Position numbers and translations under genes: made by a program. This document shows positions 26,756 to 40,263 of a stretch of DNA of 64,000 nucleotides, in pieces. Every line of letters starts with the position of its first letter. Position 1 is the stretch's first letter. The notes under the pieces were generated by a model that saw nothing but the letters and a program-made list of their open reading frames with translations, did no database searches and was not told where the DNA came from. The stretch is from Vicugna vicugna (lineage: Eukaryota), in assembly GCA_013265495.1 (NCBI GenBank), contig MU058584.1, positions 7,034,407 to 7,098,406 on the forward strand. Reading direction: 5' to 3'.

Positions 26756-26915
26756 TTTTTTCTTCTTTATTTTAGTTTAGATTTTTGTTTGTTTGTTTTT
26801 GAGGAGGGGAAGGAGGCAATTAGGTTTATTTATTTTTAGAGGAGGTATGGGGGACTGAACCCAGGACCTCATGCATGCTAAGCACACACTCTACCACTTG
26901 AGCTATACCCTCCCC
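26756..26915 (-). mobile_element. vic-1-type SINE with target-site duplication
   Basis: tRNA-Ala-like head on the minus strand; TSD gccatgttgcatcttt / gtcattttgcatcttt. Confidence 0.92.
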
Positions 26916-27284
26916 GTCATTTTGCATCTTTATGGACTTCTTTTCTCCCTCTCTAGGCATTCCATCTCTGGCAGTTGCTGCTAAAGCACTCATATTCTTA
27001 ATTTCTTTTGTCTCTAAATTTAGATTATGAAATTCATGTTCTGACAACTTCTAATTTTATTCAACAAATGCTGAGTGAGCAGTAACGTCTGGCACAGTAA
27101 ATAGGTACACACTCAGTAAATATTAGATGGCTGGATTAATTATTCTAGAGACTTATGTAGATTTACTGTTTTCTCCACATTGTTACCTGTTTGCATTTTA
27201 ATCTGTATTTTTCTGACATTTTGTGGAGAGTTTTCCTCCTTCTCCACGTCTGTAATACCCAGTGTTGTCATACTCATCTGATGA

Positions 27285-28073
<789 letters not shown>

Positions 28074-28089
28074 TAATATGCCTTTTTCT

Positions 28090-28530
28090 GTAATTTTTTA
28101 TTATGATAAAATACACATAACATAAAATTTAGCATCTTAACCATTTTTAAGTGTACAGTTCAGTGTTATTTAAAACATTCACAATGAACCATTACTCCAT
28201 CCATTTCCATCTTCTAAAATTGAAATTCTATACCCATTAAACAGTAACTCTCGCCAGCCCTTGGCTGGTGATTCTACTTTCTTTCTGCATGATTTTGACC
28301 ATTCTCAGTACCTCTTGTAAGTGGAATCATGGTATTTGTCTTTTTGTGACTAGTTTATTTCCGTTAGCATAGTACCTTCAAGTTTCATCCATATTGTAGC
28401 ACATTACAGAATTTCCTTCCTTTTTAAGGCTAGTGATCCATTGTATATATGTTTTGCCAGTCTGTTGGTGGACACTTGGGTTGATACCATGTTTTACCTG
28501 TTTGAATAGTACTGATGTGACTACGTATGT
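28090..28530 (-). mobile_element. L1 (L1MB-like) 3' end
   Basis: taaaatacacataacataaaatttagcatcttaaccatttttaagtgtacagttcagtg; ggtggacacttgggttg. Confidence 0.85.
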
Positions 28531-28539
28531 GGAGGGGAG

Positions 28540-29037
28540 GGTCTTGCCTCACTGTTCATGGCTGTTGATTGATCAGGGTGATAGTTGCTGAGGGTTGGAG
28601 TGGCTGTGGCAGTATTTTCAAATACGACAACAGTGAAGTTTGCTGCATCGATTGACTCTTCCTTTCATGAATGATTTCTCTGTAGCATCAATGCTATTTG
28701 ATGGCATTTACCCATAGTAGATCTTCTTTCACTGTTGGAGTCAATACTCTCAAACCCCGTAATGCTTTACCAACTAAGTTTATGTAATGTTCTAAATCCT
28801 TGGTTGTCATTTCAACAGTTTTCACAGCATCTTCACGAGGAGTGGATTCCCTCTCAAGGAACCACTTTCTTTGTTCATCCATTGTAAGCAGCTCCTTGTC
28901 CATTCAATTTTATCATGAGATTGTAGCAATTCAGATACATCTTCAGGTTTCACTCCTAATTCTGTTTCTCATGCTGTTTCCACCATGTCTGTAGTTACTT
29001 CCTCCACAGCAATCTTGAACCTCCCAAAGTTATCCAG
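28540..29037 (-). mobile_element. Tigger1-like (TcMar-Tigger) DNA transposon internal fragment
   Basis: Minus-strand ORF 28694..28903 (ELLTMDEQRKWFLERESTPREDAVKTVEMTTKDLEHYINLV) resembles the Tigger1/TIGD1 transposase C-terminus; degenerate. Confidence 0.85.
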
Positions 29038-30730
29038 TGTGAAATTGAATAAAAGTGGCTAAGTCAGGTACCCTTGTCTTATTCCTGATCTTAGAGAAGA
29101 GGATTTCAGTCTGTCAGCATTGAGTGTGGTGTTAGCTATGGGTTTCTCATAAGTGGCTATTATTATGTTGAGGTAGTTTCCTTCTATTCCTAATTTGTTG
29201 AGTACTTCTATCATAAAAGTTTGTTGAATTTTGCAAGATGCCTTTTCTACAGTAATTGTGATGATTATGTGTTATTTTCCCTTCATTCTGTCAGTGTATG
29301 ATACATTGATTGATTTTTATATATTGAACCGTCCTTGCATCCCAGGAAATGTGTCCCATTGGTAATGGTATATAATCCTTCCAGTATACTGCTCAATTTG
29401 TTTTCTAGTATTTTGTTAAGAATTTTTGCATCAGTGTTCATAACAGGTATTTGTCTCCAGTTTTCTTGTAGTGTCCTTTTTTGGCATTGGTATCGGGGAC
29501 CTTGGTATCAGCAGGACATTGGCCTTATTAAATGAGTTAGGAAGGAAGTGTTCCCTCTTTGATGAATTGATGTTATTTCTTTAAATGTTTGGTGGAATTC
29601 ACTGGTGAAGCCATCAGGTCCAGGACTTTTCTTTGTTAGATTTTTTTATTACAAAGTAGTCTCCTGCTAGTTAAAGTCTATTCACACTTTCTTTTTCTTT
29701 GTGATTTAGTCTTGGTAGGTTTTTTGTTTTTAGGAATTTGTCCATTTTGTCTAGGTTATTATTCAGTTTGTGCCGTTGTCTGTAATACTCAATCCTTTTT
29801 ATTTCTGTAGAATTGGTAATGTTCCAATTTTAACTTCCAATTTTACTCATTTGAATCTTTCTTAGTTCACCTTCCTAGCTAAAGATTTGTCAATTTTGTT
29901 GATTTTGTCAAAGAACCAACTTTTTTTTCACTGAATTTCTCTATTTTTCTGTTTTCAGTTTTATTGATCTCTGCTGTGATTTTTATTTCCTTCTGGTTAC
30001 CTTGGGTTTAGTTTGTTCTTATTCTCATTTAAGAATAAGGTTACTCTAGGTTATTGATTTGAGATCTATCTTATTTTTTAATGTAAGCATCTATAGCTGT
30101 TAAGAGAGAGTTGTTTAATTTTCGCAGGTTTGTGAATTTTCCAGGTTTACTTCTGGTGATTTTAACTTCATTCCATTGTGGTCAGAAAATAATTTAAATA
30201 ATATCTATCTTTTTAAATCTTTCAGGAGTTATTTGGCCTAACATATGGTCTCTCATGGAAAATGTCCCATGTGGGGTTAAGAAGAATGTGTTTCCTATTA
30301 TTTTTGGGTAGAGTATTCTGTATATATCTGTTGGATCCAGTTGGTATATTAAGTCCTCTTTTTCCTTATCTTCTGTATGGCTATTCTATTCATTATTGAG
30401 ATTGGGATATTAAAGTCTTAACTATTAATGTAGAACTGTTTATCCTTTTAATTCTGTCAGTATTTTGCTTCATTTGTTTTAATGGTCTTTTATTAGCTGT
30501 GTAAATATTTATAATTGTTGTATCTTAGCTGTATTAAACCTTTTATTAGTATTTAATGTCCTTCGTCTCTTGTAAAACTTTTTGATTTAAAGTCAGTTTC
30601 ATCTGATATTAGTATAGCCACCCTGCTCTCTTTTGGTTACTAGTTCCATAGAGTAGCTTTATATGTCTTTTCACTTTCAATCTATTTGTATCTTTGGATC
30701 TAAAGTGAGTTTCTTACATGTATCATGTAG
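29038..30730 (-). mobile_element. L1 ORF2-region fragment (antisense, degraded)
   Basis: ccttgtcttattcctgatcttagag, tttgcatcagtgttcata, ccattgtggtcagaaaat, ctgatattagtatagccaccctgctctcttttggttac. Confidence 0.85.
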
Positions 30731-32681
30731 TTAGATAACTTTCAATCAACTTTTTCATCTGCAGAATTATATTAGCTTCATAGTCACAGGTACTGATTCT
30801 TTCTCCTTCCTGATTCCACAACATTTAAATAAAATCTCATTTGTTCACATGTGTCAATACCTCTAAAACCTCTAAAAATTTGAACAGAGCTTAATGGGAA
30901 CTTTGGATTATCATAATTAAATGACTACACTCAGTTCATAATTTCATATTTGTTTTCTTGCCAGTTTCAATATAAAAACTTCCATAGTATTGTTGATATG
31001 CTTACCAGACTGTAATTATGCTTTTATAAAAAAGAAGAAAAGCCTTTTCTAGCTTCAATCAACTTTTTTTATTCTTCCGCAATTTGACTTATAAATTCTA
31101 GTTAATAAAACTTCGCTCCTGACTTGTTGTAAAATTCAGTCTTAATGAATAGTTTGAATTAACAGTGATTTAAGATAGAAATGGTTTTATTTCAGTATAT
31201 TTTCTGTTATGGAAATACTGAAACTTTTAACCTCAAAACCCACGTTATTTCTATAAGACCCTGCTGCTTGAGATTATATTACAAAGCTATTTAAAAGTTT
31301 GCTTTAAGTTTTATTTATATTCTGAGTAACCTCAAACTGGGCCTTTAATATAACTATAAAAGAGTAAGAGTGTTTTATTTCAACTTTTTAATAAGACTCG
31401 TGGATTGTTACTTGTTTAGTTATCAGAGTTCACAAATTTTTATATTAATCAGTCTAGAGATAATTTGATATTGATAATGGGCTTTTATTATACATCATAA
31501 ACACATTGCTTAAAACACAGAAAAAGTAAAGTAAAATTTCTCACCACAGAAGTGAAAAACATTGGTATACTTTAAAATTGATGAATTCTAAAAGAGCATA
31601 ACTGTAGGGAATCTCATTCACAGTCAGTAAGAAAGGACTATGGATTAGAAATAAGGAAATTCATTTTAGTCTTTTCTTCCAGTGAATACATGTATTAACC
31701 CCAATTAATTAATTTAACATTAGGGGTGACTTTATGTAAATAATGGTTTTGTTTTTAATAATCATTTAGTGGCACTTTTTAATGCACATTTTATACATTC
31801 TGATGGCAGTTTAACTTTAGCTAGGTTTTATCAGTGTGAGTACTCATTTGAATTTTAGACGTTGTACCTACTTGGCTCTTTTCCCTCCAGTATTTTATTA
31901 CTTACAAAAAAATTCTTAATATTGAGTGTAATATAGACAAAATGTGATTTGTGATTCTTTACAGCATGGTTTTACATTGGCATTGCATTACATTTTCCTT
32001 TAAAACTCATCCCTAATTCTCTGAGAAGAGAATTTGTAACATGCATGGCTTTGTAGCTGTGACAGATGACTTCTCTAGAATAAATACAGCTCTCGTTTTC
32101 TTTCGGATGAGAACTTGGTGGGAGGTATGTGTGTGGCTCTCCTTCCTGTGTACCACATTTGACACCCTTTATGTAGAATGATGATTTCTATTTGAAGATA
32201 GCTGGTAATCACTCTGTTGTCATCAGACCTTGATTCATTAGTTTTCTTTATAGATAATAGTTCCTTGACTAAAAATAATTTAAATAAACCAATGTGTTCT
32301 GTTTTAAGTATTTATAGGCCATTTGTGTTTTCACATAAGTCATAGTGAATCATAAGTAAACACTGACAGTAGTGTTAGTAATTATTGAATCAGTGAAAAA
32401 GAGGTAGTATTTGAAATGATTTATTATCATAAAATTACAAATACAGACTTTGGGCATTTGGGCATGTGCTCTGTCTTAAGAATCCAGCTTTGAGGAAATT
32501 AATTAATCTAATGTTACCATTTAATCTAATGTTATTAAAATACAAAACAGTGTTTTAGGATACTTTCTTCCTCTTAACTTTTTAAGTATATCAATCTAAT
32601 AATTTCACTCCAGTATGTACATCATGTATTTGATAAGTGTCATAGACGAGTATCATTATCTTTCACTTTTTCTTTGGGCAG

Positions 32682-32851
32682 AGGATGACCCAGTTTTCAC
32701 TAGACAAGACAGCAATCGCAGTGAAAAAGAGACCACACAAGCAGCACATGAAACAGAACCAGAGTCAGGGTCTCAGCCTCGGCCTGCTGTATTATCTGGC
32801 TATTTTAAACAGTTTCAGAAGTCTTTACCACCAAGATTCCAGCGGCAGCAG
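32682..32851 (+). CDS. PRRC2C: PRRC2C exon 13, EDDPVFTRQ...LPPRFQRQQ
   Basis: ggcag| acceptor, CAG|gtaaca donor; 170 nt. Confidence 0.95.
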
Positions 32852-33303
32852 GTAACAATAAAAACGTTTTATCTTGTACATGTGATTGAAAAGATTTATT
32901 GTTTAATAGCCTGAGAAATAATTTGACATAAAACCCAAAATACACAAAGCACACAAATTTTCGCTGAAAGATTTCCCCTTTTAATGAAAGTTTGTTGACA
33001 CAGGTTTTATTGTGAACTGTGTCATTCCCTTTTTACCCCTCTCTGCCTCATTTATGGAGACCATCTTCCTTTCTAGGAAATGGTTTTTGCAGTATAATTA
33101 ATGAGTAGTTGTGTAAGTCAAGTATAAGGCCAAGTGTCATAACTTTCCCTTTGTTCTTTTGTCTTGCTACGTCTCACTGTTAAATGACTTCTGAATTCTT
33201 TTCCTTCAGGGATTCAGAAAAGCCTATTTTCTGATTTGATCGAACATATTAATTTATCAGATGGAACTAAACATGTCAGTTTGTGGAATTCTGCTTTCTT
33301 TAG

Positions 33304-33556
33304 GAACAGATGAAGCAGCAGCAGTGGCAGCAGCAGCAGCAGCAGCAAGGTGTGCTTCCCCAGACAGTTCCTTCCCAACCATCCAGTGGCGCTGTCCCCC
33401 CGCCACCGCACAGACCTCTTTACCAGCCCATGCAGCCCCACCCTCAGCATCTGGCGTCCATGGGTTTTGATCCAAGGTGGCTCATGATGCAGTCCTACAT
33501 GGATCCTCGAATGATATCAGGCAGACCTGCAATGGATATCCCACCCATTCATCCTG
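33304..33556 (+). CDS. PRRC2C: PRRC2C exon 14, EQMKQQQWQ7-rich...FDPRWLMM...PPIHP
   Basis: tttag| acceptor, G|gtaatt donor; 253 nt; contains a CAG tract. Confidence 0.95.
33313..33348 (+). repeat. Short coding CAG repeat (QQQWQQQQQQQ)
   Basis: aagcagcagcagtggcagcagcagcagcagcagcaa. Confidence 0.9.
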
Positions 33557-33810
33557 GTAATTTGAAATTGTCCTTGTCTCTAGGCTCGCTTGTAGTTGTG
33601 CAAAGTGTTTCAGCATTTGAATTTTGTCCTAATGTTATATATTCTAGCTTTTCAATTTTCTCTATCATTTATCAACCTTAGTTTTCTTCTAGGTTCGCTA
33701 AAGACAAATGAATTGGAAGTCTTTATCAGAATAAATTGAGATAATTGATTACTAAATGGTATAAAGGAAGATTTGAAGGTGATAAAAATGTGATCAAGAA
33801 TCATATCTTT

Positions 33811-33960
33811 GGGGGGAGGGTATAGTTCAGTGGTAGAGCACTGTGTTTAACATGCACGAGGTCCTGGGCTCAATTCCCAGTACTTCCATTAAGAAATAAA
33901 TAAATAAACAAAGAACCTAATTACCTACCCACCCATCCCCCAAAATTCTTTTTTAAAAGA
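33811..33960 (+). mobile_element. vic-1-type SINE with target-site duplication
   Basis: ggggggagggtatagttcagtggtagagc...; TSD aagaatcatatctt / gagaatcgcatctt. Confidence 0.92.
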
Positions 33961-34389
33961 GAGAATCGCATCTTGATTTTAAAATGTACACTGAAGTTTC
34001 AAAATTTAAGAGGCATAATTTATAGCATATTGATCAACTAATTAAACTAGATTAATGTTAAATATGCATAGAGACAGTTCTGATTATCTGATTTTTAAAG
34101 GCATTGTATTTTCTCTCCTTTGAAGTTAAGTAGGCTGTCCTTATAGTTTTACTTACTTTGCTTCCTCAATTTTTAAATCTGTTGGACAACAACAATAAAA
34201 ATTTCATTCATAGAAAAACAAATTTTCACGGGTCATTTTGAGTTAATCAATTCCACTTGGCAAACCATGTTTCTTTAGTCCAAATATGGAGAATTCCAAA
34301 TAGTAATTAATAGCGTAAATTCTATGCCTGTAATGACTTTGTTTCCTTCATTTCTTCCCTCCATTTTTTTTTTCTGACCATTTGTATAG

Positions 34390-34600
34390 GAATGATTCCT
34401 CCTAAGCCGTTAATGAGAAGAGACCAGATAGAAGGGTCACCAAACAATTCTGAGTCATTTGAGCATATAGCTCGATCCGCAAGAGATCATGCAATTTCCC
34501 TTTCTGAGCCTCGTGTGATGTGGGGGTCAGATCCCTACCCTCACACTGAGCCTCAGCAGGCCACCACTCCCAAGGCAACGGAAGAACCTGAGGATGGAAG
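34390..34600 (+). CDS. PRRC2C: PRRC2C exon 15, GMIPPKPLMRRD...EEPEDGR
   Basis: tatag| acceptor, AG|gtaatt donor; 211 nt. Confidence 0.95.
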
Positions 34601-35199
34601 GTAATTATTAAAATTATTAATAGATCAATAGACTGTTGTGGTGAAATGAAAACTGTAGTCTCCCTGAAGATCACTCTGAGTTTCTCTCATTCAGTATGCC
34701 TTATTTCATTTTAGGACATACTTTCTCTTCTCTGGTATTTCTCTATTGATTAGGGCATTTTGTATTATAGTTCTGTAAACTCCACTAAATGCTGAAGTTT
34801 AGTGGTAGATGTTAAAATTGGCAAGACTCTTCTGTCGATTAGGTGCTTTATATGTAGTCTGGCTAAAGCATTGATGTAGTTCTTCCACTGATGAGAAATG
34901 GTAGGCATTCAGTTATCTTATGGAAGTTTTCTAAGGCCAAGTTAAGGACAAATATTAGTTTATAGGATTACTTTGAAGTAGCAGATAATTGATCTCTAAT
35001 AATTTATATCGTGAAGTTAGAACTTCTGCCCTTTTAAGGAGTATATTTTATGATGTTTTAAAAGTCTGATTCCTTGGGAAATATAGACCTACTCTAGTGT
35101 ACTCTGATTGTTAAGTGGAAATTACTGGTTTTGGTGGATTAAAAATTCACACCAGCATGGTCTGAGCTTCTTTTTCTTAAGGAGTGCACTTCATTGGTT

Positions 35200-35647
35200 T
35201 TTGATTGTGGGGAAAGAAACACATAACATGATATCTACCCTTTTATCAAAATTTCAAGTGTGTAGTACAATACTGTTAACTATAAGCATGTCGTACAGCA
35301 GATCTCTAGAACTTTTTCATCTTGCACAGCCAAAATTTTATACCCATGTAGTCAGAACTTACTTCCCCTTCCTCCTGGTCCCTGGCAGTCACCATTCTAC
35401 CTTCTGTGAGGATGAGTTTGATTTTATAAGCGTATATAAGTGGGATCATGCAGTATTTGTCCTTCTGTGACTGGTTTATCTCACTTAGTGTAATATCCTT
35501 ATCCATGTTGTAGCATATAGCAGGATTCTTTCTTTAATGCTAAACAACATTCCATTGTATGCATATACCACAGTTTCTTAGCCTGTTCATCTGTCAGTGG
35601 ACATTTAGATTGTTTCCATCTCTTGGCTATTATGAAAAATGCTGCAC
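35200..35647 (-). mobile_element. L1 (L1MA/MB-like) 3' end
   Basis: tacagcagatctctagaactttttcatcttgcac; ccttctgtgactggtttatctcacttag. Confidence 0.85.
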
Positions 35648-35788
35648 TAGATTTTTTACAGAGCCATAAAGATGTCCTTTATGATTAGAATCCGTTGTTT
35701 TGTTTTTAAATTAAAGGGATTATTTTGCTTTACACATACATGTGAAAAAGATTTTGTGTTGATGATTATGTCTGAATTCTTATCATAG

Positions 35789-38050
35789 GCCTGAAGCCCC
35801 ATTGGATCAGGAACAGATTACTGCTGCTTATCCTGTAGAACATAGTCAGTTAGAGGCTCACCCAAAAGCAGACTTTGTCAGAGAGTCAAGTGAGACAGAA
35901 GTACATAAGTTTTTAAGCAGATCGGTAGAAGACATTAGACCTCACCATACTGACACACATAATCAGCCTGCTTGTTTTGATGTACCTGATCTGAAGTCTG
36001 TATCCACTCCTCAAGAAGAGCGAAGTTTAGCTGGAGAGAGTCAGCCTGCCCGGAAAAGAAGTGTTTCCCATGGATCAAACCATACTCAGAAATCAGAGGA
36101 GCAGAGAAATGAGCCATCTGCAAGCATCCCTAAAGGAGCCAGCAGATCCATTGATTCAAGAGAACCAGCAGAAAGGCCAGAGGAAAAACCCAAAAAAGAG
36201 GGCTTTCTGCGTTCTTCCGAAGGACCAAAACCTGAAAAAGTGTATAAATCAAAATCAGAAACTCGTTGGGGCCCAAGGCCGAGCTCCAACAGAAGAGAAG
36301 ATGGTAATGATAGGCCTGTGAGGAGGTCAGGTCCTATTAAGAAACCTATACTTAGAGATATGAAAGAAGAACGAGAGCAAAGGAAGGAGAAAGAAGGAGA
36401 AAAGGGAGAAAAGGTCACTGAAAAAATTGTAAAACCTGAAAAGACAGAAAAGAAAGAACCTCTTCCTCCACCCCCGCCACCTGCAGCACCAGCTCAGCCG
36501 CAGTCGGTTCCGCCACCACCTCCGCCTCCACCAGAGCCAGAGAAACTTCCTTCAGTAGAAACTTCAACTTCAGCTTTGGCGCAAAAGCCACCTCAAGATA
36601 CTGAGAAGCCTTTGGAACCTACAAGCAGTGTTGAGGTAGAGCCTGCAGCCAAAACTGTAAACCAGCAAACCGTCACAACACCAGCAGTTAAAGAAGAAAA
36701 ACAACCTGAGAAAGTCATCAGCAAAGATCTTGTTACAGAGAGGCCTCGACCAGATTCAAGACCAGCAGTTAAAAAAGAATCAACTTTACCTCCTAGGACC
36801 TATTGGAAAGATCCCAGAGATAGAGATTGGTTTCCAGATCAAGGATACAGAGGTCGAGGCCGAGGTGAATATTACTCTAGAGGGCGAAGCTATAGAGGCT
36901 CTTACGGAGGGCGTGGCCGAGGAGGCAGAGGGCACACTCGAGATTATCCTCCTTACAGAGACAATAAGCCACGAACAGAGCACGTGCCCTCAGGACCTCT
37001 CAGACAGCGAGAAGAAAGTGAGACACGAAGCGAGAGCTCCGATTTTGAAGTCGTTCCCAAGAGGAGAAGACAGCGAGGTTCAGAGACTGACACAGACAGT
37101 GAAATTCATGAAAGTGCAAGTGACAAGGATAGTTTAAGCAAAGGGAAACTTCCCAAAAAAGAGGAGCGGTCTGAAAACAAAAAACCTATAAAGCCTCAAT
37201 CTTCTTTCAAGCCTGAAAATCATGTCCGAATAGATAATAGACCTCTGGAAAAACCTTACATAAGGGATGATGATAAGTCTAAACCAGGTTTCCTTCCTAA
37301 AGGAGAGCCTACAAGGCGAGGCAGAGGGGGCACTTTCAGACGTGGTGGAAGGGACCCTGGAGGTCGCCCATCACGCCCTTCCACCTTACGGAGACCTGCT
37401 TATCGGGACAATCAGTGGAACCCAAGGCAGGCAGAGGCTCCTAAGCCAGATGATGGAGAGCCACCAAGAAGACATGAGCAGTTTATTCCGTTACCAGCGG
37501 ATAAACGGCCTCCAAAATTTGAGCGAAAATTTGACCCAGCTAGAGAGAGGCCCCGAAGGCAGCGTCCTACCCGACCACCAAGACAGGATAAGCCTCCTAG
37601 ATTTAGACGGCTAAGAGAGAGGGAAGCCGCTTCAAAAACCAATGAGGTGGCAGTGCCCACAAATGGCACAGTTAATAATGTCGTTCAAGAACCAGTTAAT
37701 ACTGCTGGGGATGTTTCTGGGAATAAGACACCAGACTTGTCTAATCAGAACTCTTCAGATCAGGCAAATGAAGAATGGGAAACGGCTTCTGAAAGCAGTG
37801 ATTTCAACGAGAGGCGTGAAAGGGATGAAAAAAAAAATGCTGATTTGAATGCACAAGCAGTTGTAAAGACCGGAGAGAATGTTTTACCTCCAAAAAGGGA
37901 GATTGCAAAGAGAAGTTTTTCTAGTCAAAGACCTGGTGTTGATCGCCAGAATCGGCGTGGCAACAGTGGCCCACCCAAATCTGGAAGGAATTTTTCAGGT
38001 CCTAGGAATGAAAGGAGAAGTGGCCCACCATCAAAAAGTGGCAAGCGAGG
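35789..38050 (+). CDS. PRRC2C: PRRC2C exon 16 (giant internal exon, 2262 nt) with poly-Pro and RG/RGG-rich segments
   Basis: 750-aa ORF 35802..38054; catag| acceptor, GG|gtgagt donor; phase 2-2. Confidence 0.97.
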
Positions 38051-40054
38051 GTGAGTACTTTTAGATGTAAATACTTTTGCACCTTTGAGAAGCTGAAAGT
38101 AGACTTACTGGTTGACGTGTGCAAAGGAGCCAGTCTATAGAGGACCAAGACATTGTTCTCCCATAATTTTTTTTCTCTGTTCTCAAAGTAAGGGTGCTTG
38201 AGAAAGAGGTTAGTGTGTCCTAGAAGTCTTTGCCTGCTACATTACATTTCCCAGAAGAGTCCTCTTAGGAATTTGTAGCTTTGGGAAAATCTACACACTG
38301 AGGCTGGGACCTTTAAGATGTTTTCCATTTGGTAAATAATCTTGCTGATGATGGGTAGCCCGCCTTTCTTTCTTGGATTCTCTTTGGGAAGCTCGTGCTC
38401 ACAGGTGTCCCCTGGGACTTTAATTAATATGTTGTAGCCATACACTTTGTCACTCTGTGCTGGTTTCAAGAGAGCAAATGTTGAAACCTAAGGATAAATT
38501 GTATTCCACTCTTGAATTGCAGACCTAAAATAAATGATCCAGGTTAGGGAGAGACCTAGAAAGCAAAGTCCTGCCCAACCACTAGGGCACCAGTAACATA
38601 AATATCATGTCATTGGTGGTTTTTTTTTTTTTTTTAAGAAATTTTTATAAACTGTGCTAACTTGGTCTTTTCTTTTTAAGTATTAAAATGTCGGTTATAG
38701 TAAGTTTGTTTGTTTGTTCTTAGTATTAGGAAACATTATAAAGTAGGATTATTCCTAGTTTTAAATCTAGGCTGTGGTACTTGCTTGTTGTATAAAGTCT
38801 TTACTTCCTCATCAGTAAAATGGGGAGAAAGTAACAGTCCTTACAAAAATGTGTGACATTTTAGTGACATGACATTTTAAATTGAAGCACTTAACATCTG
38901 GTATGTAGTATACAAGTGTTATTTTGGTATGCCGTTTTTTGATCAAATTCCCAGATTTGCCGCCTGAGCTGATAAGAAATTTATTCAGACAAAATAATAT
39001 TTTAATCTGCATTGGTTACTTACTTACTCTTAGCATTTCAGGTTACTATACGTGTAAACAAAAACATATTTTTGCTTTCTGATAGTTCCAGGGAAATAAT
39101 GCTAACAGTTTTGTTCCTTAAGTACCTGCTTAACACAGAATTTAAACCTAACTTTAAAAGTCCAGAAGAACAGGATAACATATATAGTTGCAGTAATGAT
39201 GTAATTGTTGACCATAAATAAACTATTTGAATTTCGAGTGATAATGCTCAGGGAGGAAATTGATCTGATATTTGTGCAATGTAGATAGTATCAACTTTGA
39301 ACCTGCAGAAACAGCAGTTACTGGCTGTAGTTAAAATGAATATTTTGGAAGAGTCCCATTTAGAAGAAGTGAATGCATTCTTCAAATATTTGGAAGTCAA
39401 GCTTTTTATCAGGCTCTCAAGTGAGCTTTTATCTTGAGTAATACTATAGGCTGAGCTGAAAATGAATCGGTGAGCCGTTTTTTCATGGTGTATTTTCATA
39501 AAATGAACCCAAGAGAATTTGTTAGGGGAAAAAAAATATAGAAATACCTTTGGTTTGTGAAGTGAATGGTTTCCATATGAAGAGTGGTTTTAAAAGATAT
39601 GTTTACATTTATGTATAAATCTGATTGAACTTTTTCAAAAAGTATATATGTAGAGTAGGCACAGGCTTTTAAAATTTTTTCATGTGCTGCCCTCTTGTGG
39701 AGAAGATCCACTAGTGAATATTTTGGTCTAGCTTGGATCACAGGAAATTTCTGCTGTGAACAGTGTTGATTATTAGCTCATTTATAATGTGATAGATACA
39801 GTAAGAACTTCTGGGAGATAATTCTAGGATTAATTGCTGGAAAGAACTGTAAGGAGCTAGTCTCTCTCCTTTATTGGGAAGCTCAGTCGGTTGTACTCAA
39901 CAAAAGTCACTAAGGCTTGTTGGTTTTAGAGTTAGGGGCTTCTGTCTCACTGCTATTTTTTCTTAGATTGACCTTTAGAAACTGCCACTAAGACCTTTTT
40001 TTATTGTTATTCAGTTATGTGGAGGTAGTGATACCTTAAATTATTATTTTGTAG

Positions 40055-40263
40055 ACCATTTGATGACCAGTCGGCAGGCACAGCTGGTGCTGATCCTGTC
40101 AATGGCACCTCTGCACACCACCAGGAAGGAGCACCTAATGGTACAGGACAAAAGAACTCCAAAGACTCTACGGGGAAAAAAAGAGAAGACCCCAAACCAG
40201 GCCCTAAAAAACCCAAAGAGAAAGTGGATGCACTATCACAGTTTGATCTCAACAATTATGCAA
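40055..40263 (+). CDS. PRRC2C: PRRC2C exon 17, PFDDQSAG...FDLNNYA
   Basis: tgtag| acceptor, A|gtgcgt donor; 209 nt. Confidence 0.93.

Noticed and set aside
28694..28903. Transposase-like ORF as a functional gene
   Set aside because: Short degenerate Tigger fragment embedded between L1 pieces.
36061..38064. Five +1-frame ORFs inside exon 16 (possible dual coding)
   Set aside because: Broken by several stops, some use non-ATG starts, and such shadows are expected from codon bias; Ribo-seq would be needed to revive the idea.
39246..39257. 12-nt identity (GCTCAGGGAGGA) to 28S rRNA as I recall it, within the C/D candidate
   Set aside because: Same sense as the rRNA, so it cannot act as an antisense guide; likely chance.
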